Shown here one piece after another: positions 28,430-41,951 of a stretch of DNA of 64,000 bases (within the stretch, counting starts at the first letter, position 1; each line of letters starts with the position of its first letter). A program made the position numbers and the translations under genes. Where the stretch lies: contig NC_043000.1 in the NCBI RefSeq assembly GCF_006345805.1, positions 55,242,001 through 55,306,000 on the forward strand, given 5' to 3'. The notes beneath the pieces were generated by a model that did not search any database, was not told where the DNA came from, and was given only the letters and a program-made list of their open reading frames with translations. The stretch comes from Octopus sinensis. Taxonomy: Eukaryota.

Positions 28430-29500
28430 TTGGAGCTGATATATGAACGCGCCAGCACCTGCAATTCTCATTCAATTAAGCCTCTTGCTTCCTATCACTC
28501 GTAAATATGCTCCCGAGATAGTTAAACATTTCCAGTTGTCTCAATAATGTACAACCGACATACAGATTGCAATGGGAAGACTTTCTTGAGAGAAGTATAG
28601 TCTCAGTCTTGGCAAAACTAAGCCTTATTCCTGCATTACAGCAACCGCAGTGAAACCAGTCACTAAAAGTGGCAGATCACTTGGTTGATGAGCCAGTAGT
28701 ATCATGTCGTTTGCAAATTTTAGACGACTGATTTGATATGATTCAACGACAGCTGCGTATGTCAATCCAGTTCCTCAAAATTATGAAAATGGGAAGTGAC
28801 AATAATCATACCGTGGATGTCCAAAACACTTGTTAGGTTTCGAATTACAACCATTTAACCGAACACGAATATCTGGACATCCGTGTGAGGACTTCTCAGA
28901 AACTAGAAGTTGCCCACTAAACCGTTCCAGCACCCGCTCCCTTAAAAACACTCCACAGCATGTCGCGCGGCCTTCGCTCATAAAACTTTTCATGGGCTAT
29001 TGCTCTCAGAAATATTCCCAAGACATCTCGAAAACCTGACATAGAGTGAATATCTGGTCGAATGCACTACGCCCAGAACGGAAGCCGCAGTTTTCTCAGC
29101 TAATTTGAGCTCAACAATTTCCCGACATTTCTTTTCGAGAAACCTAATGTAGACCCTATCAGGGAGGCTCAATAAGACGATTTGTCTATCATTAGAACAC
29201 CAGTGATTATTAGTCCGTTTTATCATATATTATCGGCATTGCTTTGCTCTTTATCCACGAGACAGCCAGAGAGGAGCGTTTCTCGTTTTAGGTTGTTAAC
29301 ATCTCAGGCCTAATTTGAGTCTTCCTAATAGCCGAGCCATATCTACGCTCTTTAATAGCCTCTATTATTTCAGTGTCTGTGGGATTAGTCGTCGACTCAG
29401 GCAGCGTCTGTGTCCTCCGAGAGATTTTTACTGTCAAAGGTTTTTGATCAGCGAATTATTTTCTCCGCCTCCCTTATTTGTAGTTTGAAAAAACATCAGC
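28430..29500 (-). mobile_element. Degenerate RTE-like LINE RT fragment
   Basis: DRQIVLLSLPDRVY (YRPISLLS-like), CGFRSGRS..DQIFTL and a later F..LG motif, with frameshifts. Confidence 0.7.
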
Positions 29501-32500
29501 TGAGATTTAATGCCAGATGTGGAAAAGGGCTTCTTATTACGAATTCATGGGTGGTCTGTCAAATTACTGTATTGGCCAATAAAAAAATCAGTGTCCAGCT
29601 TAACAGCAAAATCTTCCCAAGACTTAACCTTGGACGTTTTTACCGCAACAATTTCTCGTGTCCCAAGGTAACACATGCGCAAAAGGGGAGACTTGTTTCC
29701 AAGTCATGCTTTGTGGGCTTTTTTTGCTCGGATGGCATGTTGAACCTTCTGATTAAACTTGGATACTCGCTTTGCGCATGTGGTACATAGATACGCTTAT
29801 GTTCACAACATTGAATGGTCGAAGAGCAAGATGCTGTACAAAACAATCTCCACGCCTTTCGATGTTCTCCGTCTGTTTAAGAAGCTCTCTTAATTTGGAT
29901 TCAATAATGTCCGCACATGTGTTTCTGGTCCAATCCTCCGTCAGGATTACCACTTTATCCTGTGTGCCGCACTGCATTTACTTGTTTTCAGAGTTCTCCC
30001 AGATGTATTAACTATCAAAAATGATTTATTTCTAAGAAATAGTAACATTATCTTTCATGAACCTAATATTAATTGTATAGAAACTACTTTTGTTGCTAAA
30101 TAATGCATAGACAGATAGACGTTTATTGTTTAACACAGGAAGATTTTCGCAGATATGAAACATATGAACAAAATTTTTTTTAAATGTTAGCAATAAATGA
30201 ATATAGTTACAGAAACTTATCTCTCTACGTATTCCGACACTAACTAATCTAAAAATTTTAAGAGCAATGACTTTTAACCAAAACTTTCTATTTTTACCAT
30301 AAAATTGATTAACACAGCATAACAAGACAGGTCTGATTTGAACAGCTTAAATTCTGCGCAGAATTAATTGTAAAAATAGGATTATTTCTCTTGCGTTAAG
30401 CAGGAGATTTGATTTAAAAAGAATACTAAGTACTGAAAGATTCTTCTATCTAAGAATTTCCAAAGAATGGAAGTAAAATAATTGTAAAAAATAACAAACT
30501 ATTACAAATAAAGACAAACACAAACTGCTCGATATAAGGAGAAATAGTGGTTTTTTTGTAATTTCTTGACAATGTGAAACTACATATTAACGGATTTCCA
30601 GAAAAATGTGTTATTGGCCCGTTATTTATATAAATATATATAGTACATGTTTGTAAAATAGTATATAGTACATGCTTGAACAAACTGTTCACCTAATATC
30701 GATACTTCTGCACCTAATTAATCAAATCTTTCGTTTCTGTTATTGTTTGCTTTGCGTGTATATATCAAAATGGAAGAAAATTTTGCATAAAGTTGTTTTT
30801 CAGAAATTCAATATAGTGTTGCAATTAGAACGGTTTCCTACAACAGATATAACGTTTACGTACAATTTCAAGGGTTTCAATCAGAGAGTACTCTATAATT
30901 GCCCCAAATACCGCATTGTCGAGTGAGAATTCATTGCAATCTGGAAGTAATGGTGTCGGGGTAAGGATGAAATCAGAGTCGATACTGAATTAGTTTAATT
31001 TTTCCGGTATATATGTGATTTTGAGTGTGTACGTATCTATATATGTATATATGCATGTATGCATGCGAGTATGTGAGTATAGTTGTGCGTGAGTAAATGA
31101 TGTGAAACATCGAACATCAGGTAGTATTATACAATTTAAATCCTTATTGTATTTGAATAATACAAATAAAATTTATGATTTGAAAATACTACCGTCAATA
31201 TTATACAGATGCTTTGGATGCTTGGAATGGTGAATAATGAATGAAACATATGTGCAAATTGCCGATAGAAATTGTAGAACAAATAATTAATCCTCATGTC
31301 TATCCCGGTACATGCATAATCAAAGAGAATTGCGTTTCTCCTTTCAGACTTGTAAATAAAGAGAAAAACCTTTAGCAAACATGATCTTTTGCCAAATCGA
31401 AATGCAGAAAAACACGAGGTATGTCTGAGTATTTGTGTACAACAGTGCTGCAGCAGTTTGTTTGGCAAGTAATCCTCTAACTCTCTGATATGAATACTCT
31501 AAGTAAATTATAAGTATAGTTTTGATCAGTAGCAACATTTATATTGAGTTACATACTAGATTTTCTTATTCAGTACAATTTCCTTCACTTAATGCTTAAA
31601 TACATAGCTGCTTATAATGTTGAATTTGTTGTCTTCTTTTTAACCACAGTATTTCCTATCTGCCGTTTCTCTTTCTTTCTCTGTTTTCCTCCATTACTAC
31701 GTGTAACAGTCGGAAAGTAAATTTTGTCCAAAAATACATACTTCGTACACAACCGTTTATTTATCAGTAACCTATATAAAATGGTTTTGTAAACCTCATA
31801 AGTTTCCTTATGTTAGTATGCTCCAAAATACATCGTGTCAGACATATGGGAATTTCTAGAAGTACGTGTGTGCTTTTAAAAGAAGACAGCGAATACAAAT
31901 TGTATCACCTTTCCATTACGTCTATAACTGACCAAATGTTGGTTGACTGTAATTTTAAATAAAACAAGTACGAAAATATGCAGCACTGAAATCTTTTCAG
32001 CAATTCATCTCGGTTTGTACTCAATGTGCATCTTTGTTATTTATATATTTCAAGTCGATAAAATATCATAGAATAGTGAATTGAACTATGCTTCTTTTTG
32101 TGAAGCACATGAATAAGGTGACATAATACAGAATGTTAGTAAAGGTTAATGGTTTCATGTGCTCATTCTTTGTAAGAAAATGACGAAATAATGCATGAGC
32201 CTCTCTCAAATGAAGTGTACACTTATGACTTCAGATTCTTCTTCTGCCAGAACACAAGATATTATGGGAACTCACGTAAGTAACATATCAATACGTTTAC
32301 TACTATTGCAATTCGAAATTTAACTTTATGGTTTACTATCCTACGTCATACTGTACGATGGTGAGCGTAGTATAGTGTTATCAATTAATGTGCACTGATG
32401 GTTTGTTTTGATTTAATCTCAACTCTTCTCTGTATCATGAAAGGCGTTCTTGGGATGACCGTCCCCTTTTTTGCCTATTTATGACTACATCGTCCTATGT

Positions 32501-33136
32501 GCATTGTGCTTCTTCTTATGAGATAACATTATGTCATTTGGGTGAGATTTGGTTGGTGTATCTATCAGGTTGAGTAGTCTAGTTGACACTATGTAGTAAA
32601 TAAATAAATATTACTTTAAATACTCAACTCACTCTGGTAAAAATCCTTAAAGAAAAACATTTTACTTGAGCCAGCAAGAATATCCATACTATAATGAAGA
32701 AAGCTGCGTTTTAATTAAATTCAGTCACGTAACTTTTACAAAAATATAGCAATTGTTAATCTCTGCAAAGACTAGAAAATTCTTATAAATTCCTCTTTCA
32801 ACAATCTTTTTTTTTTATCAAAATGTTTTTCAAAAATTTTAATTATTTTTAACACATTCAAATTGATGATTTAATCATAAAACTAATGTTTATCTAAAGC
32901 AGTTTAAGATACTTTTAGCGTCGGCATAACAATTGAAAAGTGCCTCACACCTGAATTTGTTTCCTCATATCATTCTGAAAAATAGGTATCTTTAATGCAA
33001 TTTTCAACAAATACGTTTCAGATGATGTAGATTACAACTGTGTCGGAGTTTACCGTTAAAAGAATTGTGGAGTGGGGCCTGATATTTCAAGCACCTCACT
33101 TACTTTCGTCATACGTTCTAATGATTTAGAAGACAA

Positions 33137-33220
<84 letters not shown>

Positions 33221-34909
33221 ATATTTTAACTTTGGGGACTATACCACCGTTTTCCGAAGTTTTAATTTTATTTAAATATTACCATTTTATGGAAGTTATG
33301 AGAAACAAAGTTGTGTTTTCTCAATTATCCGAAACTCTTCTCCCCTTTCCTCGAAAATTATTTTACAACAAATACTGCCATGATTTTCATTAAAAAATAC
33401 CCATTTTCAAAAAGATGAGTAAACAAATTCTGAGGGGGTACATTTATGTAGTTGTAACCTAAATTTATTTACAAAGTGACTGATTCCTGCTAGGTGAATA
33501 ATGGTTACAAAGGAAAATTAGACATAGTACATGAAAAAAATCATTCAAATTGTGGATCGAATGTATGGAATATCATTTAGCGTTTTCCTGCTACTGCAAG
33601 TAAATGAATAAATCAAAAAGGAATGTAATTTTATTCTCCTTAATCACAATTTATCTATACATTTCAAATGTTATCAACGATAGATAGTTTTAAAATATCC
33701 TAGGTGCAAAAAAGAAAGAAATAATCCAATACTGATAATAGTACAATACTGAGGTCGGAATGGGATTTTTTCTTTTTGTATGAAACTTATAATTAAATTA
33801 ATCTTCAGTAGATGTAAACAATACTGATCATACTGGAAGTAAATCTTGAAACAAGACAATGACGTTGAAAATTGAGTGTTTTTGTATAGAAATGAAACAC
33901 GAAAAGCTTGATCCTCGGTGTTTGAGTTCTACTTCATATTTGCTGACAATTACCTTCAAAATATGTTATTTCAAAGAAGTGAATTTTATTTTACACATTT
34001 CACGTTAATTATGAGAAACCGTGACTTTGACACGTTCAGTATATGCTGATCTTGTTAAGCTTCAGTGAATAACAAAATGCTAATAGCTATGATTTTGCAA
34101 AGATTTCCTTATTAAAAGATATGAAAAATTTAGAAATATTGAAGCTAGTTATGTGACGAATTCGTAGGAATCTTGAAAGAACTGCTATCAGCAGATAGTA
34201 GGTAAAAAATGATTCCTTATATCTGAAAACTTTTAATGTGTCTGCTATGGAAAACTTTTACATAGAAGTTGTATGTGATGCTTTTGTGTGTTGACCAACA
34301 CTACATAAAATACTAACTACCAACATAAAACAACAACAACACGAAATAAAAACAACACAAGTTAGCATTAACTACAGAGCCAAGAAAAACATACGCATCT
34401 ATTGCCTGACATGAGAACTTGAATAATTATATTATGCAATAAGAAATATAGAATAGCATTAGAATATCTACATTTGTCAATGACAGTTTAGTTCAAACAT
34501 CTTCAATGAACGTAGGAAGTATGTCTGCATGAAAAATATCTTGCTCTGTAAATTGCATATAACTGTGCCAATGGCTGATAAAGCAATGCAATACATTGAA
34601 CAATATGCTTTTTTTTACATTCATTATATAAGACTTACTGTAACTGCTTCTGCTGTAGAATATTTATGCTTCTGTATTTAAAAAAAAAAAGATTTTCACA
34701 AAATTTCTGCAGCGTTATTACTAAAGTGTAGTTAGGTCTAGTCCTTCACGATAAACAATATTTTTCTAACTCAGCTGTATTTTTAGAAAATACACCTTTT
34801 CTAAAATAGATTTTCTTTAGCACTCCATGTAATGCAATCAATTATAATGCAACATGTATATAAATGTGTTTTGTGCTTGTCTACATGTCCCTTTGTTATT
34901 TATATTGCT

Positions 34910-35000
34910 AAGGCGACGAGCTGCCAGAATCGTTAGCACGCTGGCCAAAATGCCTAGCGGTATTTCTTCCAGTTTCACGTTCAAATTTCGCCACGCTCTA
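34910..35000 (+). mobile_element. SINE family B 5' head
   Basis: aaggcgacgagctgccagaatcgttagcacgctggccaaaatgcctagcggtatttc. Confidence 0.7.
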
Positions 35001-35116
35001 CATAGCCGTTTATCTCTTTTCGTTAGCCAGCTGGAAGAGATATTTCGCTGGGGCTATAAACTTCAATAGCACTGTCTTGTATAGGATACTACACTTGGCT
35101 GGCAATTATATGTTAC

Positions 35117-35187
<71 letters not shown>

Positions 35188-35269
35188 TATATATACAGAG
35201 AGTGAGAGAGAGAGAGAGAAAGAAAGAAAAAGAGAAAGAAATATTTCACAAGTTGTTTTTTTCCACCAG

Positions 35270-36830
35270 TTCTGTCCTTTGTAATGCCTGATCTCAAAAC
35301 TTCATTCGGCTTTCAATTAAATATATGCTGCTGGCAATACTTTTTCCCGTCGAAATCTGTTGTGCTAAGATTTGGAAAAGAAAGTGATAATCTCATGGTA
35401 CAAGGTTTTTAAAATATCATAGGTATGCCATTTTACCCCATTAAACTTATTCAGGAATATTTGCTAGTGAATTGCTCAGTGTGAGTTCGAACATTTTATG
35501 AAAAATAGAGGAGTGTATCTGCAACTTAATAAAGCAAGACATTTTCTCTCCAAAGTAGTCAAGTAAATGACAACTGACATCAGAAGCGATTGCTACCATT
35601 GACTCTTAGTTTACTGGAATGAATAATTTCTTTTTATTCCACCAGGCAGTAAAATTTTCTCGTGTATATCCTCATTTTTCGCGAGTTGGCATTCTGCGAC
35701 GACATCCTTCACTCCAGTTCTATCCCTGATCTCCTAGTTCTGTCTGTGATCTCTTAGCGAGATTCCCAACATCGACCTTTCAATGGCTCTCTGCACTGTA
35801 AGCAGATGCTGTTGTTCTCTCTTTGTGAAGGCCCAAGTTTTACTTGAGTATAGCCTTGCTGGTAAGACTGTGCTGTTAAAGAGATTGGTGCGAGTTGCCT
35901 TGTCTAGGCCCGTCTTCAGCACATCCTTCACCGAGTTGAAAGCTTTCCATCCTGCTCTTATCCTTCGCAAGATCCACCACGCAAGGCTGCAATGGGCCGG
36001 TCCTGTCACAAGGTTCACAGACAATCGGTGGGCCCGTACAGTTGTCGAGTTGTACTCGCTCAAACGGAAGAGACCACTTGGAAGACCTCCTGTTAGGAGG
36101 GAATTTGATTTAAGAAAGATGTTTGGAACAATGCGTAGGAGATTGGCGAGAGTGGTAGGGGGATGGGGCGAAAGCTGTGGCAGCGGAGCCGACACGGCAC
36201 CAGACAGCCTGGCCGATCTAGGTGATCCAGGTGATATCCTCCTTATGGATGTAATATGGCATTTTAATTAGTGAATAGTCTCTGTCTGCAGATCTTAATT
36301 ATGTTGTATAGAATGCATTTTTTTCTCCAGCCATGAACCGGTTCTTAAAATGGTTATTGTCGGTTATGTTTATGTAGCGATTGACTGCAGTCAAATATTT
36401 GTGACAATTTGCTGCTGTAAGAGCTTAAAGAACTTATTTCCCTCACTTTGAAACATTTATCGGTTCCTTTAAATTATTATGAATTACCGTAATGTTTTAC
36501 ATCAACTTCCATGAAATCTCTCTCTTTCTCTATCTCTCACTCACTCACTTTCCCTGTCCTTCTTTCTCCCTCTCTATCTCTCTCCCCCCTCTCTCTCTAT
36601 CTATCTATCTATCTATCTATCACTAGTTCATTCTTTCATAAATCAAATTGAAATTCTGCACGTTTAATTTTTTCAAACCAGCATCCGCAGGTTCTTTCAT
36701 TTGCTCCCTGCGTCTATACTATAGACCTTTAGAACATTTTTGACTGCTTTACATGTATTACAAGTTCGAAGAAATGAATTATAACGAGATGAATATGCCC
36801 TGCATTTTGTTTTGAACAAAGCCAGAACAA
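35270..36830 (-). mobile_element. Degenerate mariner interrupted by an RTE insertion
   Basis: - strand remnants ANERTCGCWFEK (about 36660-36710) and PNLSTTDF (about 35350-35375, PDLSP.D-like) lie either side of the RTE. Confidence 0.5.
35680..36238 (+). mobile_element. RTE LINE 3' end with an inverted 5' segment
   Basis: The - strand at 35680-35975 encodes RRIRAGWKAF...LFNSTVLPA.LY...QRAIERSMLGISLRD...EIRDRTGVKDV. The + strand at 35975-36238 encodes the downstream ARLQWAGPVTR.TDNRWAR...KRPLGRP and a taggtgatc/caggtgata tail. Confidence 0.85.
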
Positions 36831-37189
36831 AAACGTTTCCCAACTCTCTAGCGATTTTGCCGTATAACAGCCCTATAATCCATGGCTTTACCAGATTTTA
36901 CACGCACACACACACAGAGGCGCACGCGCACACACATACACACACACGCTCCTCTTTTATACAATATTGTGTTAACATACCAAGAGTCATGCAGCAACTT
37001 TGCAGCAATTTGCCGCATAAATATTGGGCATTGGCAACAACTTTAATCTTTATACTGTTATTAATAATAATAATAACGATGATTTCAAATTGCTGGGCAA
37101 AGTAAGGATTTTTATGATGATGATGAGGAAGCAAAAGAAGAAGAAGAAGAAGTAGTAGTAGTTTAGCTACAATCCATCAAATAATGCCT

Positions 37190-37450
37190 TCTAATCGGCA
37201 TCGGAATCCCCACTCATGGCAATGTTTCTCTAAAAGAAGCAGATAAAACCTCAAAATAAAAAGATATGGAAATAGAGATAATCTGAATGTGAAACCTAGA
37301 AACAGAAACAATCATTGTAATACCAGGTGCATTGGGCATGGTTAAAAAAATCCTACAGCCAAATTCATAACATCAGGACTTACGAATATGTATAACATAG
37401 AGAAAATAGTATTGATAGGCTCTACGTAGTCTCTACATGAAGCACTTTGA
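37190..37450 (+). mobile_element. R4/Dong-like REL endonuclease 3' fragment
   Basis: Homologous to 42060-42300 on - (NVSLKE..K..K.KD.EIEI...ETI....GALGM.KK). Confidence 0.7.
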
Positions 37451-37584
37451 AGCCACCGAAGGAAGCCAGAGCATATAGTAGTCCAGGGAAAGCACGTAGA
37501 AGCGCTCAAAATTGACTGGATGGAATAAAAACCCCAAGCAATAACAACACAGGCGATATCATCATTTTCGTATGGAACAGGAAT

Positions 37585-38660
37585 CATAAATAGGCAAAAG
37601 AAAGTATTGATGCGTATGGGTACGAGTCACGCAAACTGTTGACAGTACATAGAGTGTTACACCCCAAGAGTGACACTGATAGTTTGAACTTGTCCAGAAT
37701 GAAGGGTAGAAGAGGTATGATCAGTTGTCAGGATTATGTTAAAGTAGAGGAAACACTTTGGTGGTCTGTATAAATGTCATGGAACTGTTGATGATATACG
37801 TGAAGTCCTGCATGAAATTGATAATTGTGTTAAGAGTGTGAAATTTAAAGAACACTAAGAAAAGATACGAGCTCCAAGAAAGATAGAGACGGCCTGTAGT
37901 TATGTGGAAGAGTGACCTGAAGGTAGAAACAAGCATTTATATGTATGGCAGCACAAGCATTGAGAACAAATTATGTGAAATGCAGAATTGATAACACAAC
38001 TGAGAGCGACGAATGCAGAATGTATGGCACATTGTTAGTGAATGCCAGTAATTTGCACAACGTACAAATACAAAAGACGACATGACAATGTGGCATGAAT
38101 GATTTATTGGGAGCTTTGTGGAAACAATAGCCTTGATAGATCAAAGGTGTAGTATGACCAAATCGCAGAGGGAGTTACGGAGAACGAAGATTAGAAAATC
38201 CTGATTCTGCAGGACTCAATATTAGATTGTGACCATTTGATTAGACATCGGGAAGCTAAAATTACTGTAGTGAACAGAAAAGAAAAAAAGATATGCCTGG
38301 TAATCGACATAGCATGTCCTGGTGCCAACATGATCGAGGAGAAAGAAGAAAAACTGAACAATTATGATCGATTGAAGTGGGGAAATGCGCTGGTTGTGGG
38401 TAATGAAGAGAGTGGACGTGATACCAGTAGTTATTGATGCGCTTGGAAGTGTCATCACTCAACTGCCAACGTCGCTCAAAGAATTGGTACGAATGTAAAT
38501 ATAGAACACGTAAAGAAGTCAGCGTTCCTTGAAACTTCAAGAATTCTCCACAGTGTTGTCGAAGCCTCATCTGTAAATAAATGTCACCTTAGTCTGCTGG
38601 CTGTGGACAGCTGACACTTTCTTTCATACCCAGAAAAATAAGCTAAGTTTTCATCAAATA
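37585..38660 (+). mobile_element. Degenerate R4/Dong-like LINE 3' half
   Basis: HP.SD.D.L...R..G.RG, AAQ..RTNY...CR, YKRRHDNVA, KICLVIDIACP...KEEKL..Y..LK. The 3' UTR is shared with 253-330 and there is a TAA tail. Confidence 0.8.
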
Positions 38661-38671
38661 ATAATAATAAT

Positions 38672-38878
38672 ACTTTCTACTATAGGCACAGGTCTGAAAT
38701 TAGGGTGAAGAGAATAGTCGATTAAATCGACCCAATATTTGACCAGTACTTATTTTATCGACCACGAAAGGATGAAAGGCAAAGTCGAATTCGACAGAAT
38801 TTGAACTCATAATTTAACGTAAAGCCGGACGATATACCGCTAAGCATTTTGCCCGGCGATTCTGTCAGCTTGCCTACT
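38672..38878 (-). mobile_element. SINE family B
   Basis: gaaaggatgaaaggcaaagtcg...aatttgaactc...ccgctaagcattttgcccgg. Confidence 0.8.
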
Positions 38879-39259
<381 letters not shown>

Positions 39260-39439
39260 TCTACCTGCAACAAGCAAAGGAATGGTTGTTAAAGCTGGTT
39301 CTGGAAGATACCAAAAAGTGCTCGTGTGTTACGAATAATGCAATATTTCTTCGCGAAATATAGTCAGATGGACCAATACTATTAGAAAATGTGTCCTTAT
39401 CTAAAACTGCACTTCTTGTAGTACCATAACTACATCGTG

Positions 39440-40410
39440 AAATCCCTATAAACGTCCTCCAAAGAGAAGGTGTCCGCAACACTTGTCACAGTTTCCTTCA
39501 TCACAACGTCTTCAAAACTGCCCAGGGAGGAAGGTCCTAACAGTAGGGAAGATTAAGTAAGTTTTGATGCCTATTTGTGTCAGTTAGTTGGTTATTAGGA
39601 TTGAGTTGTAGACTGATACATTGTCTTGGTGCAGGTGTCACCAACCCGAGTAGAACAGCGCAAGCTTTTGCGATGATATATCTTCCCGAAATCCCTCAAA
39701 AGTTCCACAAAGTCCATAAAGTATTTTTGTTGACGGTCTAGTAAGGGAGATCCCAATGGATGTAGCTGATGCTCTTGCTGTCCAAAAAGAGAATCATCGG
39801 GAGCTTCTCGGTGGACTTTCTTTGTTTGGCCTTCTTAGGTCTAGGGGAGCCGAAATCCTTCCATTGGACACTTTGTCTTTTATATTTGGATTATAACAGT
39901 AGATCCAGCTTGCTTTCGCCACAGGTCACAAGTGACTCAAATACTCTTGGATTGGAGGTGATAAGCTCAAGCTATTTTCCTGCTGTCACTAAAGATCTTC
40001 CCTTCTGTTCGCCGAGAGCAAACAGTGCACAAAGTTTGCGCATGTTCAAATATTTATTAATAACTCCATGTACAGTTGCCACACCAAATTCAAATGGTAT
40101 GCTTATTGGCTATATATGTACACAACGGTCTTCATGCAGAAAAGGGGCAATTTTCTCCCTCTCGCTCCTATATCTCTGAACGTCTCTTACCTCCTCTCTG
40201 CCATCCTTGTGCCAGCGAAAACCGGATGCTCGATCCATAAAAGTTTATTTATAAGCAATCTATAACATTTAATAAGATCCTATAGCTCTTCTGCTCTGTT
40301 TAACACAAAACTTTAGTGCATCGTGAGCTTCAAAATTGTCTTCAAGTTCCGACTGCGTTCTGGTGACTAGTTTGACGTGACAAGCAGGGTTTGGTGGGTG
40401 TATTCAAAGT
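39440..40410 (-). mobile_element. Degenerate mariner
   Basis: - strand VTCGES.I..YN...KRQSVQWKDFGSPRPKK corresponds to the IVTGDESW...QS..W...SP motif. Confidence 0.65.
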
Positions 40411-41153
40411 GTTGTTACATCTGTCTCCTTCCATTTGGAATAAAGGTCACATTAGTAGATGTATGATAAAGATGTACTAACATTACAATAATGTAGGAAA
40501 GATATAAACGCCTCATCAAAAACAATGTCTCAAAACCTGGAATGCACCTAGCACACTGGTCAATATGAGCACATACAATTACATTCCTAAATATAACGGA
40601 CGGGAACACAAACCACTACACCTTATCCCAGAATGCTGATCTTAGCATGCTATGTAATTTTATTGTCCAGACTCATTGGGAGATGCAGACTACCGACCAT
40701 ATATCATTTTAAGAGCAACATAGTGAAAACCTTTGTCATTTGCATCCCTAGATGTCAAAGCCACCTCTCAAAATTGAGCAAATACAATAACTTAGAATTA
40801 AAAAATTAGGAATTAGAAGAATCTGGTATCTCAGAGCAACATAACCTAATCTCATTTGAGCACCTGCAATAATATTCAAAACAGCAAATAGAATATATAA
40901 ACCGACCTCTAGCTGCCTCAAAATAAAAGATCCTCGCATATTTTACGTAAATTTCTCTTCGTGCAAATGCAGTTATAATTCCTGCAATGTTATAAATTTT
41001 ATAAAAGCGATTTGTTTTTACTCACAGACGTCCGCTTTTCAGTTGTATGACACCTCACCTATTACCGTCATTAGACACAAAATCTTGTCGTCTCTTGACG
41101 TCTCTAGTTGAGGCTTGTGTGAAGGTTATATAAATCAAAGCTAATGCAAAATA

Positions 41154-41189
<36 letters not shown>

Positions 41190-41245
41190 TATTATTATTA
41201 TTATTATTTAAATTTTTATTATTATTATTATTATTTAAATTTTTA

Positions 41246-41283
<38 letters not shown>

Positions 41284-41329
41284 GTTATTATTATTATCAT
41301 TATTATTATAAAAGGATTGACGTAACTTC

Positions 41330-41900
41330 ACAAAGGTAAATAGTCAATATGAAGAGAGAGATGCAATTGCAATAGACATTTTATTTGTTGAACGATATTT
41401 CGACAGCTACTGTGTCTTTGTGGAGTTCAAAATGAAAAGTGATAAAAATTCCAAATTATAAAAATTCTAATCCAAAATATGAACGAGAGCAACGAGCGTC
41501 GAATAGCATCAGTTTTCAAATTTCAAGTTTACAAGAAAGAAAAAAAGAGAAAATAAAAATAAAAATGAAAGAACAAAGAAAAGAAAAAGAATATTTAATC
41601 AAACAATTTTGTGTAGATATAATGAAATCATCCTGTCATTTTATTCATTCCTCCATGGCGCGATGTTAATAAGTCGCAAACATATTTCTGCTCATGCATT
41701 CTGACTACTGAAATGGTAGCAGATTCAAAATACTTTCTGACAATATACACTTTCAAGTCTTTTTCAAAATTGCAACCGTTTAATGCAAAATGTTCAGCAA
41801 ATTCTGTCGAATTACTGTTATTTTGCCTGGCGTCATATCTGTGTCCATTAAATCTTTTGTTTAATTGCTCTGTTGTACACCAACATAGATCAAGTTTAGT
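41330..41900 (-). mobile_element. Penelope-like element 3' fragment (GIY-YIG C-terminal half plus pLTR), a different family from 803-3850
   Basis: The - strand reads LIYVG/TTEQLNKRFNGHRYD...STEFAEHF...FEKDLKVYIV...RMHEQKYVCDLLT...GGMN, followed by a hammerhead-like fold and AATAAA. Confidence 0.8.
41388..41430 (-). ncRNA. Hammerhead-like fold with an atypical core
   Basis: TTGAAC-TCCACAAA-GACA-CAGTAGC-TGTC-GAAA-TA-TC-GTTCAA: stems I and II are perfect and GAAA and UC are in place, but the CUGANGA box is not canonical. Confidence 0.5.
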
Positions 41901-41916
41901 AGAAAAGGTTATTATT

Positions 41917-41950
<34 letters not shown>

Positions 41951-41951
<1 letters not shown>

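Noticed and set aside
31335-31425. Possible + strand exon (tttctcctttcag...GAG/gtatgt)
   Set aside because: All three frames contain stops and there is no partner exon or homology. It could only be a UTR or non-coding exon, which cannot be supported without RNA data.
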